DNA of 59,345 nucleotides from a virus: positions 1-59,345 of the IMG/VR virus record IMGVR_UViG_3300009285_000007; one strand, written 5' to 3'. A program made the position numbers and the translations under genes. This document shows, in pieces, positions 1 to 8,638 of the stretch. Within the stretch, counting starts at the first letter, position 1. Every line of letters starts with the position of its first letter. The notes under the pieces are model-generated. The model did no database searches. It had not been told where the DNA came from and saw nothing but the letters and a program-made list of their open reading frames with translations.

Positions 1-77
1 AGTCCACCCTCACCGTCGAGCCTGGAGTCTGGGTGGCCGTCGAGACGGGTGCGGATGTCGGCGAGCTCGGCGCGGAG
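1..77. repeat. Terminal direct repeat, left copy, identical to 59269..59345 (circular-assembly overlap)
   Basis: Read directly: agtccaccctcaccgtcgag...gagctcggcgcggag occurs at both ends. Confidence 0.95.
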
Positions 78-470
78 CCCCTCGCACTCATCCTCTGCCG
101 CTCGCCTGGCGTGGTTGCAGGACTCCAGTCCAACGATGCGTTGCTCTGCCACCGCATTCGCCGCCAGCCTGCACAACTCAACCAGCCGACCGTAGCTGAT
201 CTCATCATGGTTGTAATCATCAACCGCTTGCCGGACTGTCAGATAGTCGAGTCCGTTGGCGCGCGCGGCTACGATGTCGGCGTCGCGGCGGTCGAGTATA
301 GCCCTGAATGCAGCGTGTGCTTTGTCGCGCTCGGCCCGCATCGCCTCCACCTCGTCAAGCAGGCGCGGGACCCACCCCGTCACCATCTCGCGTAGTCGCA
401 CGGCAGACAGGCTATCAACGTGCTCCCGCATCTCAGCCAGCTCGGCGTCTGTGAGTCGCTCACTTGCCAT
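1..470 (-). CDS. Hypothetical coiled-coil protein, 5' part of a CDS that wraps the circular junction and continues at 59345->59202
   Basis: ATG at 470 (MASERLTDAELAEMREHVD...). No stop before position 1. With 1..77 = 59269..59345 the frame continues in phase to TAA at 59202-59204, about 178 aa in total. Absent from the ORF track because it runs off the edge. Confidence 0.6.
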   Translation of the reverse strand, partial: MASERLTDAELAEMREHVDSLSAVRLREMVTGWVPRLLDEVEAMRAERDKAHAAFRAILDRRDADIVAARANGLDYLTVRQAVDDYNHDEISYGRLVELCRLAANAVAEQRIVGLESCNHARRAAEDECEGLRAELADIRTRLDGHPDSRLDGEGG

Positions 471-672
471 CGCCCGCCCTCCGATTCCATGCATTGATAG
501 CTGCGAGCTGTGTTGCGCGTTTTGGCCCACGAGCTCCGCACTTTTCGCGGTGGCAGTAGACGTAACCGAGTTGGCCGTGCCACGGCATGACGCGCCACTC
601 ACACTTGCCGCCGCAGAACGGGCACGGCTTGATCTCCGGTAGCTTGCGCTTACTATCAACCGGTAGCTTCAT
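460..672 (-). CDS. lar: Lar-family restriction-alleviation Zn-ribbon protein
   Basis: MKLPVDSKRKLPEIKPCPFCGGKCEW...CHREKCGARG matches the Lar-type CPFCGG motif from memory. ATG at 672 forms an ATGA overlap with the upstream stop. Confidence 0.75.
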   Translation of the reverse strand: MKLPVDSKRKLPEIKPCPFCGGKCEWRVMPWHGQLGYVYCHREKCGARGPKRATQLAAINAWNRRAGDGK

Positions 673-833
673 GGCGTCAGCCTCTCCAGCGCCTCTTCTG
701 CGAGCTTGCGCGCTTCGCACGCGGCACACTCGCTAGTCGGGCAGTAGCCATAGGCGTGGTACGACTTGATTGCGCAGATGCACTCGCGTAGGGCGCGGAT
801 CGCGAGCTGTACCGTGGCACTCTTACGTCTCAT
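669..833 (-). CDS. Hypothetical small Cys-rich protein (54 aa)
   Basis: Hand-translated: MRRKSATVQLAIRALRECICAIKSYHAYGYCPTSECAACEARKLAEEALERLTP. ATGA overlaps at both ends. Below the track length cutoff. Confidence 0.5.
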   Translation of the reverse strand: MRRKSATVQLAIRALRECICAIKSYHAYGYCPTSECAACEARKLAEEALERLTP

Positions 834-994
834 GACTCGGTCTCCTCGCCGGGCGTGGGGTGGTCATGCTTATAACGAAACCAGATCATGCCGAAGCTCC
901 ACTGCCACAAGTCGAACACCCAGACGTGAGCCGTCCAACCAATGCCTTCAAGTTGCGCCAGGAAGCGCGCTGTTAGTCTGCGACGCATCATCAT
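830..994 (-). CDS. Hypothetical small Trp-rich, possibly membrane, protein (54 aa)
   Basis: Hand-translated: MMMRRRLTARFLAQLEGIGWTAHVWVFDLWQWSFGMIWFRYKHDHPTPGEETES. ATGA overlaps with both neighbours. Confidence 0.45.
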   Translation of the reverse strand: MMMRRRLTARFLAQLEGIGWTAHVWVFDLWQWSFGMIWFRYKHDHPTPGEETES

Positions 995-1215
995 CCATCC
1001 ACACGAGCGCGCTTGGAAATGACTCCGCGCAACGCTGCGATACTACGGTCTCGCTTAGCGATCTCGTCCCGCATGTGACTCATCTCCTCTGCTAGGCATA
1101 GGGCACATCTACCAGGCAGCTCTCCACTTTCCACAGCGTAGTAGCGGTGGCAGGCGTAACAACGATGCAGGTCCATATGGTGGGTCAGCGACACATTCCA
1201 GGTCATAATAGACAT
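991..1215 (-). CDS. Hypothetical Zn-ribbon protein (74 aa)
   Basis: Internal ATG (MSIMTWNVSLTHHMDLHRCYACH...CALC) begins just after the upstream stop at 1220. The longer track ORF start would overlap the upstream gene. Confidence 0.65.
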   Translation of the reverse strand: MSIMTWNVSLTHHMDLHRCYACHRYYAVESGELPGRCALCLAEEMSHMRDEIAKRDRSIAALRGVISKRARVDG

Positions 1216-1219
1216 GCGG

Positions 1220-1660
1220 TTATCCCTCCTCGCGAGCGGTGAAGTGGCCGCACGGCGTTTTGGGCCACGGACACTTGTTGCGGTAGTACTCGCAGCTGCC
1301 GCACGTCCGCTCGCCCCGGGGCTGCTGTGGGTCGGGCACAGCCGCGGCACGCGCCTCGTCGTGGTCCGGACGTGGTAGCTCGCCACCGCAGGTGACGTGG
1401 CGATAGACTTGGCGCCAGGTGTTGTCGAGAACGCGACGGTGCATGTTCTCGAGCGGACGGTGCGCGACCTCGGCGTCCCAACGCTCGATTACCCACGCGG
1501 CGAGTGACGAGCACTCCAGGGCGGCGACTGGTTGATCCTCCCTCGCGTCGATGGCGGCGAGGGCGCGGTCTAGTGCCTCACGCACCTCGTGCATCGTCGC
1601 GTATGTTGTTGCATGGCACAGGGCTGTGCCATCGCCACCGCAGTATCGGCATATCGTCAC
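1220..1660 (-). CDS. Hypothetical Cys-rich protein
   Basis: Track ORF 1220..1705 starts at TTG. GTG at 1660 gives a GTGA overlap with the stop of the 1657..1935 gene. Starts VTICRYCGGDG. Confidence 0.65.
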   Translation of the reverse strand: MTICRYCGGDGTALCHATTYATMHEVREALDRALAAIDAREDQPVAALECSSLAAWVIERWDAEVAHRPLENMHRRVLDNTWRQVYRHVTCGGELPRPDHDEARAAAVPDPQQPRGERTCGSCEYYRNKCPWPKTPCGHFTAREEG

Positions 1661-1935
1661 GGCTGCCCCCAGATCCGAAATCCCCCTGCCTTCCAAATAC
1701 CCCAATTGAAAAACATGGCAGTATCACCAGAGTGCACGATATCTGCCATTGTCGTGCGCGAAAATGGCCCAAACAGGACCCCATCCGCCAATCGCATCCC
1801 CCACCGCTCTTGTGGTAGCTGCTCGTTGGCGAGTATTAATACCTGCCGTAGCACGTCGGCCACAGTCGTCGTCGCCTCGACTGGTATCTCGTACTGCCGT
1901 GTTTCACACGCACTGGTAGTGATATGGGTTTCCAT
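1657..1935 (-). CDS. Hypothetical protein (92 aa)
   Basis: Only the last 92 aa of track ORF 1657..2400 look protein-like (METHITTSACETRQYEIPVEATT...). The upstream part is an Arg/Pro/Ser-rich shadow. Confidence 0.65.
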   Translation of the reverse strand: METHITTSACETRQYEIPVEATTTVADVLRQVLILANEQLPQERWGMRLADGVLFGPFSRTTMADIVHSGDTAMFFNWGIWKAGGFRIWGQP

Positions 1936-1966
1936 GGTGCGTGGCCAGGTGGTATTCGTCCGCGGG

Positions 1967-3001
1967 TCACTCGTCATCGCTGGCCTCCTTGCGGGTGAGG
2001 GCGCGCAGACCATTACGCCCGACGACCGCCAGCGCCGCGACTGAAAGCGCAGCAAGTTGCAACAACCGCTTGCGCAGCTCAACGGCGGCGTGCGGATGCG
2101 CGAGGTCGAGTGCGTCGAGTTTGTCGAGCCGCTTGCGCAGCATCCGGCGCCAGGCGTCGAGGCACCAGCGGCCATCCACTTCACCCCAGAGGAAATCCTG
2201 CACATCGCGTGCGGCAATGATAGCCGCATGGATCGCACCCTCCTCGGTGGTGAACGCCGCCTCACTGGCGGCCTCCTCGCGCTCCATCTCAAGACTCGCC
2301 TGCCGCTCAGGCGTAGCCGCATACCGGCGGTGCAGGATCTCAACGGCGTCGGTTGTGGGCGTATTGGCGGGAAACTCGCGCTCCGTTGGGATCGGACCAT
2401 CGGTAGTCCCAGATTGGCTTCCGTCCTCCGGACTCATGCAGCCGCTCACGCGCGCTCGGCTGCTGCCATCAATGGACGGCCCTGTGCTAGTCTGGGACGC
2501 TCCACAGGGAGAGCCCGATTCTGATGCGTCGGTGGGCTGGAGTGGAGCACGTGCTTCTGCGCATGCAACTGAATCTCCCCACGATGGCCAGAAGGTGATG
2601 GCATGTTGGATCATTGCACGTAGCGCCTCCTCGCACGTCTTCAGCCGGCGACCTTGTTGCATGAACCGTTTGTTTAGATTGTCTGCCCGTGCAGTAGCGG
2701 CTTCAAGGTCATCCAAACACTCATTCCGCTCAGCCGAGAGGATGTCGATCTTGTACCCCATGGCCGTGACGACGCGCAGCAGGCGGTCGTTCTCTTCCGC
2801 CAGGCGCAACTCATTGTTGCGGACGTTCGCGCAGGTGCAAGTCGTTGACCGCAACCGCTGCGCCTCAGCGCGAAGAGTGCGGTTCTCCTCGGCGATCACG
2901 TCGAAAGCGGTTGCGTCGAGCTTGCGGAGCGCTTCGTCGCGCTGGCGAATCGCATCGTCGAGCAACGCAATGGCAGTCTTCTCGTGGTCGTTGAACGTCA
3001 T
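1967..3001 (-). CDS. Hypothetical protein with N-terminal coiled coil
   Basis: ATG at 3001 (MTFNDHEKTAIALLDD...) gives an ATGA overlap with the upstream stop at 2998-3000. Third codon positions are GC-rich. Confidence 0.75.
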   Translation of the reverse strand: MTFNDHEKTAIALLDDAIRQRDEALRKLDATAFDVIAEENRTLRAEAQRLRSTTCTCANVRNNELRLAEENDRLLRVVTAMGYKIDILSAERNECLDDLEAATARADNLNKRFMQQGRRLKTCEEALRAMIQHAITFWPSWGDSVACAEARAPLQPTDASESGSPCGASQTSTGPSIDGSSRARVSGCMSPEDGSQSGTTDGPIPTEREFPANTPTTDAVEILHRRYAATPERQASLEMEREEAASEAAFTTEEGAIHAAIIAARDVQDFLWGEVDGRWCLDAWRRMLRKRLDKLDALDLAHPHAAVELRKRLLQLAALSVAALAVVGRNGLRALTRKEASDDE

Positions 3002-3270
3002 CGCTCCCCATCCTTCCTCGCATCCCTCCACCTATCCGGCCCGAGTACCTCATCCCGCCGCGCCAGCCGCGCCCGCGCGCACGCCTCCTGATGCCGGCGC
3101 TCGGCGAGGTCTTCGTCCGCGAGCGCACCGATCTCGGCGAGCAGCGCATCGTCGGCCGCGCTCTCAGTGCCATACTCATCGCGCACTGACTGCACATCGG
3201 CGTGATTGCCGTCCGGCTCGTAGTCGACTTCGTAGCCGATGCCGTCAATTGCGGGGTGGAAGGTCAGCAT
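2998..3270 (-). CDS. Hypothetical acidic protein (90 aa)
   Basis: ATG at 3270 is preceded by GGAGGA. The track start at 3282 is a TTG inside that RBS. Confidence 0.7.
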   Translation of the reverse strand: MLTFHPAIDGIGYEVDYEPDGNHADVQSVRDEYGTESAADDALLAEIGALADEDLAERRHQEACARARLARRDEVLGPDRWRDARKDGER

Positions 3271-3282
3271 GACATCCTCCAA

Positions 3283-3627
3283 TTAGTAGCCGCTGAATAC
3301 TTCCTTGAGCACAGCATCAAGCTTGTAGTCGCTCAGCTTGGTGGCCCTCTCGACCATCCTCTCGCGGAGCTTCTCACCCGTCGCGACGACCGCCGCCACA
3401 GCGCTCTCGATGATCGCCGACTTTTGCGCCACCAGGACGGCGAGTAATTCAGGCTTGATGTGTTCGTCGAAGTACGCCTTGGTGATTTCAGTGATTTGCT
3501 CACCAATGCTCCAACGCATCGTTTCAGCGATCCGGTCCTCAAGCTGCTTGACTACGGCCGCCTGGATCCTGTCCTTCTCGTTGGCCAAGATAGTCTCAAT
3601 GTCGATCTTCATCGCCTCAGTGCTCAT
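3283..3627 (-). CDS. Hypothetical protein
   Basis: GGAGGATGAG precedes the ATG. Protein-like composition (MSTEAMKIDIETILANEKDRIQ...). Confidence 0.8.
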   Translation of the reverse strand: MSTEAMKIDIETILANEKDRIQAAVVKQLEDRIAETMRWSIGEQITEITKAYFDEHIKPELLAVLVAQKSAIIESAVAAVVATGEKLRERMVERATKLSDYKLDAVLKEVFSGY

Positions 3628-3703
3628 CTCATCCTCCGATTAGAGCACCCAACCCCGGCCGCCGAGAGGGGGAGACGACGACCGGGGAGGGTGCGACTTG
3701 GGT

Positions 3704-4885
3704 CTAGATTGCGTCCGCGTCCGGAGTCGCGAAGTAGGTATTGATGGCAGCCACGACGCCGCGAAACTCCGGGATCTCACCGTACCGACCGCAGAACGTG
3801 CTGAGCATCTGCCGCGCGTCGAGCAGCTCATCTCGCGCCCGCTGTTCCTCGCGGGCCTTCGCCTCGGCCGCTTCCCACTCGCGACGCTTGCGGTCTTCAT
3901 CGGCGCGGTGCACGGCCTCGATCTTCTCGCGCTCGGCACGGAGCCGCGCTTCCTCCGCCCCGCGTGCTGCACGAGCCTCGGAGTCTGCCTTCTCCCGGAG
4001 CCGGCGTGCTTCGGCGTCTGCTTTCTCTCGAGCCTCACGCGCGGTTTTCTCCTCTGCCGCGATACGGTCGCGCTCAGCCTTCATCCTAGCGCGAGCTTCG
4101 GCTTCCTGTGCTTCGCGTGCCTCCCTGGCCTTGCGCTCTTCTGCTGCGATGCGTTCCCTGGCCGCGTGCTCCTCGGCCTCGATCTTGGCGCGGGCCTCTG
4201 CCTCCGCCTTGCGCTGGGCGGCGGCCTCCGCTTCGCGCTTCTCGCCCTCGGCCTTCTCCCGTGCCTCCTGCTCGGCGCGCAGCCTGGCGAGCTCGGCCCG
4301 TTCCTCGGCGATGCGCGCCTGCTCGGCCTCGTGCGCGACCGCCGCCGCGTGTAACTCACGGAGGGTGTCGAGCGTTTCAGCCTTGGCGGCTGCAGCCGCT
4401 ACCGCAAACTCGTCGTTACGCGTGGGATCGAAGGCGCCGAGTTGCTCCATCGCATCGTAGATCGCGCCTGACGGTTTACCGACCATGCGGCGGGCCGGCT
4501 CACGGATGGCGTCGACCTCGGCACGAGCCTTCTCGATGCGCGCTTGCTCGGCGAGTGCGCGGGTCGCCTTCTCTTCTGCCCTGCGCGCCTCCTCTGTCCT
4601 GATCGCCTCGTCGACCGGCGTCTCGAGAGCGAGCAGCTCGACGGTGATGCGCTTCGCCTCCGTGTCGATTGCCTTGCACCGCTCGAGTGCTGGGGCCTTG
4701 ATGCGCTTGCGCTCCGACTCCAGGGACGTGCGCCACTTGCGGATCTCGGCGCGGGCCTTGCGTGCAGCGTCGAGGCAAGCGGTAGTATCCACCACCCAGA
4801 TGGTCGCGCCGTACTGCTCGCGGAGCTGCGCCAGCGCGGCCTCGGTGGGGCTGTATTCTGCGATTGCCGTGGTCGTGTCCGTCAT
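3704..4885 (-). CDS. Hypothetical protein with a roughly 200-aa Glu/Ala/Arg/Lys-rich coiled-coil centre (recombination-module neighbour)
   Basis: GGAGG RBS. Globular N and C ends flank the EAR-rich repeat. Sits directly upstream of the recombination genes. Confidence 0.8.
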   Translation of the reverse strand: MTDTTTAIAEYSPTEAALAQLREQYGATIWVVDTTACLDAARKARAEIRKWRTSLESERKRIKAPALERCKAIDTEAKRITVELLALETPVDEAIRTEEARRAEEKATRALAEQARIEKARAEVDAIREPARRMVGKPSGAIYDAMEQLGAFDPTRNDEFAVAAAAAKAETLDTLRELHAAAVAHEAEQARIAEERAELARLRAEQEAREKAEGEKREAEAAAQRKAEAEARAKIEAEEHAARERIAAEERKAREAREAQEAEARARMKAERDRIAAEEKTAREAREKADAEARRLREKADSEARAARGAEEARLRAEREKIEAVHRADEDRKRREWEAAEAKAREEQRARDELLDARQMLSTFCGRYGEIPEFRGVVAAINTYFATPDADAI

Positions 4886-4908
4886 TTCATCCTCCGGTGG
4901 TCTGGCCG

Positions 4909-5949
4909 TTACGCTGCGTCCGTGGGCTCGCCACCACTCCAGTCGGGAGGGCCGTAGTCGTAGGAGATGTTGGGATCAGAGGCGGTAGCCTGTGGCACCT
5001 TCGACGCTGTCTCGGTGTCGCTGATGGCCTTCGCCTCGGCGAGCTTCGTTTGTAGCTCACCTGCGTCGATCACGCTGTTGGACTTCGACGGGTGGAATTC
5101 GGCGGCCGTGTCAGTAGCCTCGTCGTCGGTCTCGTCGTCGGCGGCCGGGGCCCTGAGTAGCGCTCGGTACGACTCGCGCGTCACTGCGTCGAGCTCGGCC
5201 ATGACTTCGCGGCGCGTGCGTGCTTGGTCGAGCAACTCGCGTTGTAGTTTATGCATGTCCTGGGAGTGCAACTCGAGGTGACAGACGTACACGGTTGACT
5301 GCTGCGGTCCCTTCGGGGTGTCGGGGGTAACCTGGACGGCGCGCACCACGAGTTGCAGCGGTACGTTGCGCAGCACGCCCACGGCCTGCCTAATCTGGAG
5401 CATGCTGCCGATGAGTTGCTTGATACTGATGATCGAGGTCGTGCGCCAGCGATGTACCGACCCGGCGACCGCATGGTCAGGCAGGGCGATTGAGCAATGC
5501 AGCGTGCCGTGTGCCTTACACGACGGCTTGTCACCTTCAAGCAGATTGCATGGACACTTACATTCCTTCTCGCGCCCGGTGCGCTTGCTGTCCCTCATCT
5601 CCCATCGGTGCGCTGTCTCGCCATCGCCACGGCACGCAAGCTTCTTTCCCTGGTACATGGCGTATGAGGTCGGGAACACCTCGTCAATCTCGTCCGAGTG
5701 CAGCATGACCGGCAGCCTTCGAAGCTTACCATCCTCATCCGCGAAGCCTGAAGCGGACAGCGCAGCCATGAGATCGGCGTCCTGAATCAGATCGCCGCGC
5801 GCATCGCGATGCGTCTTGGTGAGGATGAAGTGGTCGAGCTTCACCGGCATGCGCCATGAGCCGTTCTTGCCCTGTCTCTCCTCGCCAAGCCCGCCAATCT
5901 TGATCTTACCACCCTCAGCGAGCGAAGGTGTGAGTCCCTTGATAGTCAT
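4909..5949 (-). CDS. Hypothetical Cys-cluster protein; possible ssDNA-annealing or ssDNA-binding partner of the adjacent exonuclease (position only)
   Basis: GGAGG RBS. CRGDG...CKCPCN...CKAHGTLHC cluster and an acidic C-terminal tail. I do not recognise the family. Confidence 0.75.
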   Translation of the reverse strand: MTIKGLTPSLAEGGKIKIGGLGEERQGKNGSWRMPVKLDHFILTKTHRDARGDLIQDADLMAALSASGFADEDGKLRRLPVMLHSDEIDEVFPTSYAMYQGKKLACRGDGETAHRWEMRDSKRTGREKECKCPCNLLEGDKPSCKAHGTLHCSIALPDHAVAGSVHRWRTTSIISIKQLIGSMLQIRQAVGVLRNVPLQLVVRAVQVTPDTPKGPQQSTVYVCHLELHSQDMHKLQRELLDQARTRREVMAELDAVTRESYRALLRAPAADDETDDEATDTAAEFHPSKSNSVIDAGELQTKLAEAKAISDTETASKVPQATASDPNISYDYGPPDWSGGEPTDAA

Positions 5950-5962
5950 TGGTTCCTCCGTG

Positions 5963-6781
5963 TTAGTCGATGTCGTCGAATGGTATGTCGCTGTCGTTCG
6001 CCGGCACGTCGGACGCGGCCCACTTTGGTAGGCGCAACGTCTGCTCTTCCGTGTATCGCCCAGGCCATACGCCGGTCTTCATTGCGATGCGGATCAGGTT
6101 GAGGGCGCCCTTGTATTCAGCACGCCCGGCCTCGACTAGATCGTCGTCGAGTCGGTAGACCGCCACGTCGTGCGGCGGGTTGCTCTCGACTGCCAGGATC
6201 ACGAATGGCAGGCGCTCGCCCGTCACCGCTTCGTACCCATCAACATAGAAAGCGCCTTGCAGGTGATAGCCGAGGCCGTATGAGTTTGAGGCGAACCGAT
6301 GCACGGCCACGTCCCGGGCCGTCTTGAGATCGCAGAGAACGAAGGTCGCCCAGTCGAGGCGGCCCTTGCATTCGAAGCCGAAGTCCTCGTCCTTCCACGT
6401 CAGCGACATCTCGGCCTTGCCCTCACGAAGGTACGGCTTGACTAGCGGGTGACTGCGCACAGCGTCGCGGATGGCAAGGCAGTGATCGTATTCGTTGACC
6501 TTGAGGATCGTTCGCCCGGCGTTTGCGGCTTCAAAAGCATCCCAATCCTTGCCCGCCCGTCGCGCGCCCTTGTAGACGGCATACTCCAGCGGGAACTTAT
6601 CCGGCTCGAACACGCACGTGTGAACGGCGCGCCCGAGCATCATCGCTGGAGTGTCTGGTCGGTCGTTCTCCAGCGCCCACTTGTAGTGCAGCAAACTCGT
6701 CCGCACCTGCTTTAGCAGCGTCGCGTTGATGCCTTTGCGCGCGACATACTCCGCGAACGTCTCGTTGGGTATCGCAACCAT
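5963..6781 (-). CDS. PD-(D/E)XK (Cas4/RecB/YqaJ-like) exonuclease
   Basis: GRLDW...LCDLKT (D...D-x-K) and QGAFY (QxxxY) motifs. GAGGAGGGG RBS. Confidence 0.8.
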   Translation of the reverse strand: MVAIPNETFAEYVARKGINATLLKQVRTSLLHYKWALENDRPDTPAMMLGRAVHTCVFEPDKFPLEYAVYKGARRAGKDWDAFEAANAGRTILKVNEYDHCLAIRDAVRSHPLVKPYLREGKAEMSLTWKDEDFGFECKGRLDWATFVLCDLKTARDVAVHRFASNSYGLGYHLQGAFYVDGYEAVTGERLPFVILAVESNPPHDVAVYRLDDDLVEAGRAEYKGALNLIRIAMKTGVWPGRYTEEQTLRLPKWAASDVPANDSDIPFDDID

Positions 6782-6802
6782 CTGTATCCCCTCCTCACCC
6801 GT

Positions 6803-7162
6803 CTAGCGGGCGTCGTGATCAGTGCCGGGGCCCCGGTCAACGCAGCCGATTGCCCCGGCTCCCGCACCATGCGGGATTCTCGATTCCACCGGACGAGGGC
6901 CGTCCATGCCGGGGCGGATACCGTCCCCTTGCAAACCCTCGTCCGGGGTGCCAGCACCATGCCGGCAAACCTTTGCGCGTCTCGACTCGATAGCTGCCAG
7001 CGCGGCCTCGCAATTGGCGCACCTGCCGAGCTTCGGCGGCTTCTCGATGGCAATGCCGCGCAACGCCATGCCGCAATAAGTCTGTGCCGCAGCCTCGTCG
7101 GGACGTAGGATCGTCTTGCGCGCCGCGTGGACGCGCCCGGTGTGGGATCGAATCCAGATCAT
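6803..7162 (-). CDS. Hypothetical protein
   Basis: ATG at 7162 (MIWIRSHTGRVHAARK...) gives an ATGA overlap with the upstream stop at 7159. Confidence 0.6.
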   Translation of the reverse strand: MIWIRSHTGRVHAARKTILRPDEAAAQTYCGMALRGIAIEKPPKLGRCANCEAALAAIESRRAKVCRHGAGTPDEGLQGDGIRPGMDGPRPVESRIPHGAGAGAIGCVDRGPGTDHDAR

Positions 7163-7533
7163 TCCCCTGCCACCAGTCGAATGATCACGATCATCGCCGC
7201 AATACCCACGAACAGCCCGAGCACGTGCCACCCACTACTCCCCTCGTCAGCCTCTCTGCGCGGCCACGAGTCGGTCAGATAGTCCTGGACGGCGCGGACG
7301 CCGACGAGGCTGCGGTCCTCTGCGATCTGCTCACGCACCGCCTTGGCGAGGGCTTGGTGGTGCGCGGCGCGGGTGAGACACTCGGAGTGGTAGACGCACT
7401 CTGGACACTCGTCCGGCCACGCATCACAGTCGGCGGTGCGCTCGACCTCGGCCTGGTGACTCTCGGCGCGCTCGTCCCCGACGCCCTGCACCTGGGCACA
7501 GTGACGGGCGTAGGCGTGGGCGGTGGAGGTCAC
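7159..7533 (-). CDS. Hypothetical C-terminally membrane-anchored protein
   Basis: GTG at 7533 gives a GTGA overlap with the upstream stop. Ends in a hydrophobic helix (WHVLGLFVGIAAMIVIIRLVAG). The upstream part of the track ORF is a shadow. Confidence 0.6.
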   Translation of the reverse strand: MTSTAHAYARHCAQVQGVGDERAESHQAEVERTADCDAWPDECPECVYHSECLTRAAHHQALAKAVREQIAEDRSLVGVRAVQDYLTDSWPRREADEGSSGWHVLGLFVGIAAMIVIIRLVAGE

Positions 7534-7751
7534 GGCATCCTCTCCAACGCCCCCTCGGGCAGGTAATGGCCGTCGGCGTCGCGCACGGCTGAAATCGTGA
7601 AGCGCTGCCCGTCCGGTCGGCAGGTGCAGTGGCGCAACTCGCAGGCGAGATCGCCGAGAGGGTAGACGCCGCCGTATGGAAGCCTGACCCACGTGCGCGC
7701 GTCGTAGAGCGTGCCGCAGCCGGTACAGCGGGCGATGATTGGGGCGGTCAT
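7530..7751 (-). CDS. Hypothetical Zn-finger protein (73 aa)
   Basis: CTGCG...CELRHCTC. ATGA overlap with the upstream gene. Confidence 0.7.
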   Translation of the reverse strand: MTAPIIARCTGCGTLYDARTWVRLPYGGVYPLGDLACELRHCTCRPDGQRFTISAVRDADGHYLPEGALERMP

Positions 7752-8206
7752 GACTCGCTCCAGGCGGTGGACTCAACGGCCCACCACTGGCCGTGATCAT
7801 CCTCGCCGTGCTCGGTGACTCGGCAGTCGTAGTGTCGGAACAGCTCGTCCCAAGAGTCGACACGGACGCCAAACTCGCCGAAGCCGCGGTCGCGGCGATT
7901 GAGCAGCCAGATCGCGCCGTCAAGGAAGCGGACGTAGCCGACTCCGAGCAGCTTGGCTGGCGGCTTGTCTTGGGCGCGGACCCGCGCCTTCCAGTCGTCG
8001 CGATCCTCCGCGAGCGAACGGAGCGCCGACTCGAGTTGATCGACCACTTCTTTGTGGCGCGACAGTCGGCACGCCAACTCGAACGCGGCCTCGTTATTTT
8101 CGCCGCCGCAGTCAGGCGTCACGGTGACGCGCATGCCGTCTACGTCGAATGCAGACATGCGGCTGCCGTCCCCGCTGGCCATGAATGTCGTGACTGTGGC
8201 CGTCAT
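7748..8206 (-). CDS. Hypothetical protein
   Basis: ATGA overlaps at both ends. Protein-like composition. Confidence 0.75.
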   Translation of the reverse strand: MTATVTTFMASGDGSRMSAFDVDGMRVTVTPDCGGENNEAAFELACRLSRHKEVVDQLESALRSLAEDRDDWKARVRAQDKPPAKLLGVGYVRFLDGAIWLLNRRDRGFGEFGVRVDSWDELFRHYDCRVTEHGEDDHGQWWAVESTAWSES

Positions 8207-8541
8207 GACTCGCCTCGGGCGAGATTGAGGGCGGCGTCACAGTCGTCGGCGAGTCCCGCTGCTGTCGTCGTGCCCTCGTAGCACTGGAGCGCGGCGAGCA
8301 CCGTTGCGAGCACGCGGAGGCCCTTGGCCGCGGCCTCACAGGCGGCGTAGATGTCGGGCGAGGCGGCGATGAGACGCGCATCGGCCTCCTGTCTACCGGC
8401 GATGAGGGTCGCGCACTCCAGGTGGCGGCATGTGAGGCGGCTGCCCTGGCTCACGCAGGCTATCGTCAGGTCGTCGGTGCTAGTCACCGTGCATCCGCCG
8501 CGGTGGCGCCACGGCCCCGGCGTGAATCGCGCCTCAGCCAT
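8203..8541 (-). CDS. Hypothetical protein with PGPW ... ARLIAASPD motifs (recalled from Ead/Ea22-like phage proteins)
   Basis: ATG at 8541 follows GGAGG. Starts MAEARFTPGPWRHRGG... Confidence 0.7.
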   Translation of the reverse strand: MAEARFTPGPWRHRGGCTVTSTDDLTIACVSQGSRLTCRHLECATLIAGRQEADARLIAASPDIYAACEAAAKGLRVLATVLAALQCYEGTTTAAGLADDCDAALNLARGES

Positions 8542-8638
8542 GACGGCCTCCGATCTGCGCCAGCAGCGCATCAGCCGCGGCGATGTGGTGGCGGGCGCGG
8601 GCGAGGCAGATGAGGGCGGCGGCGTAGCGTGTGGTCAC
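8534..8638 (-). CDS. Possible tiny ORF (34 aa)
   Basis: GTGA overlap with the upstream stop. Hand-translated TTRYAAALICLARARHHIAAADALLAQIGGRHG. Fills an otherwise empty 94-nt gap. Confidence 0.3.
   Translation of the reverse strand: MTTRYAAALICLARARHHIAAADALLAQIGGRHG

Noticed and set aside
1-77. Biological direct terminal repeat (DTR packaging)
   Set aside because: An exact 77 nt at both contig ends, with a CDS in frame across it, fits an assembler overlap of a circular molecule better. The terminase is PBSX/headful-like. This cannot be fully excluded without read-coverage data.
1941-3272. 443-aa plus-strand ORF
   Set aside because: Ser/Arg/Ala-rich shadow opposite three well-coupled minus-strand genes.
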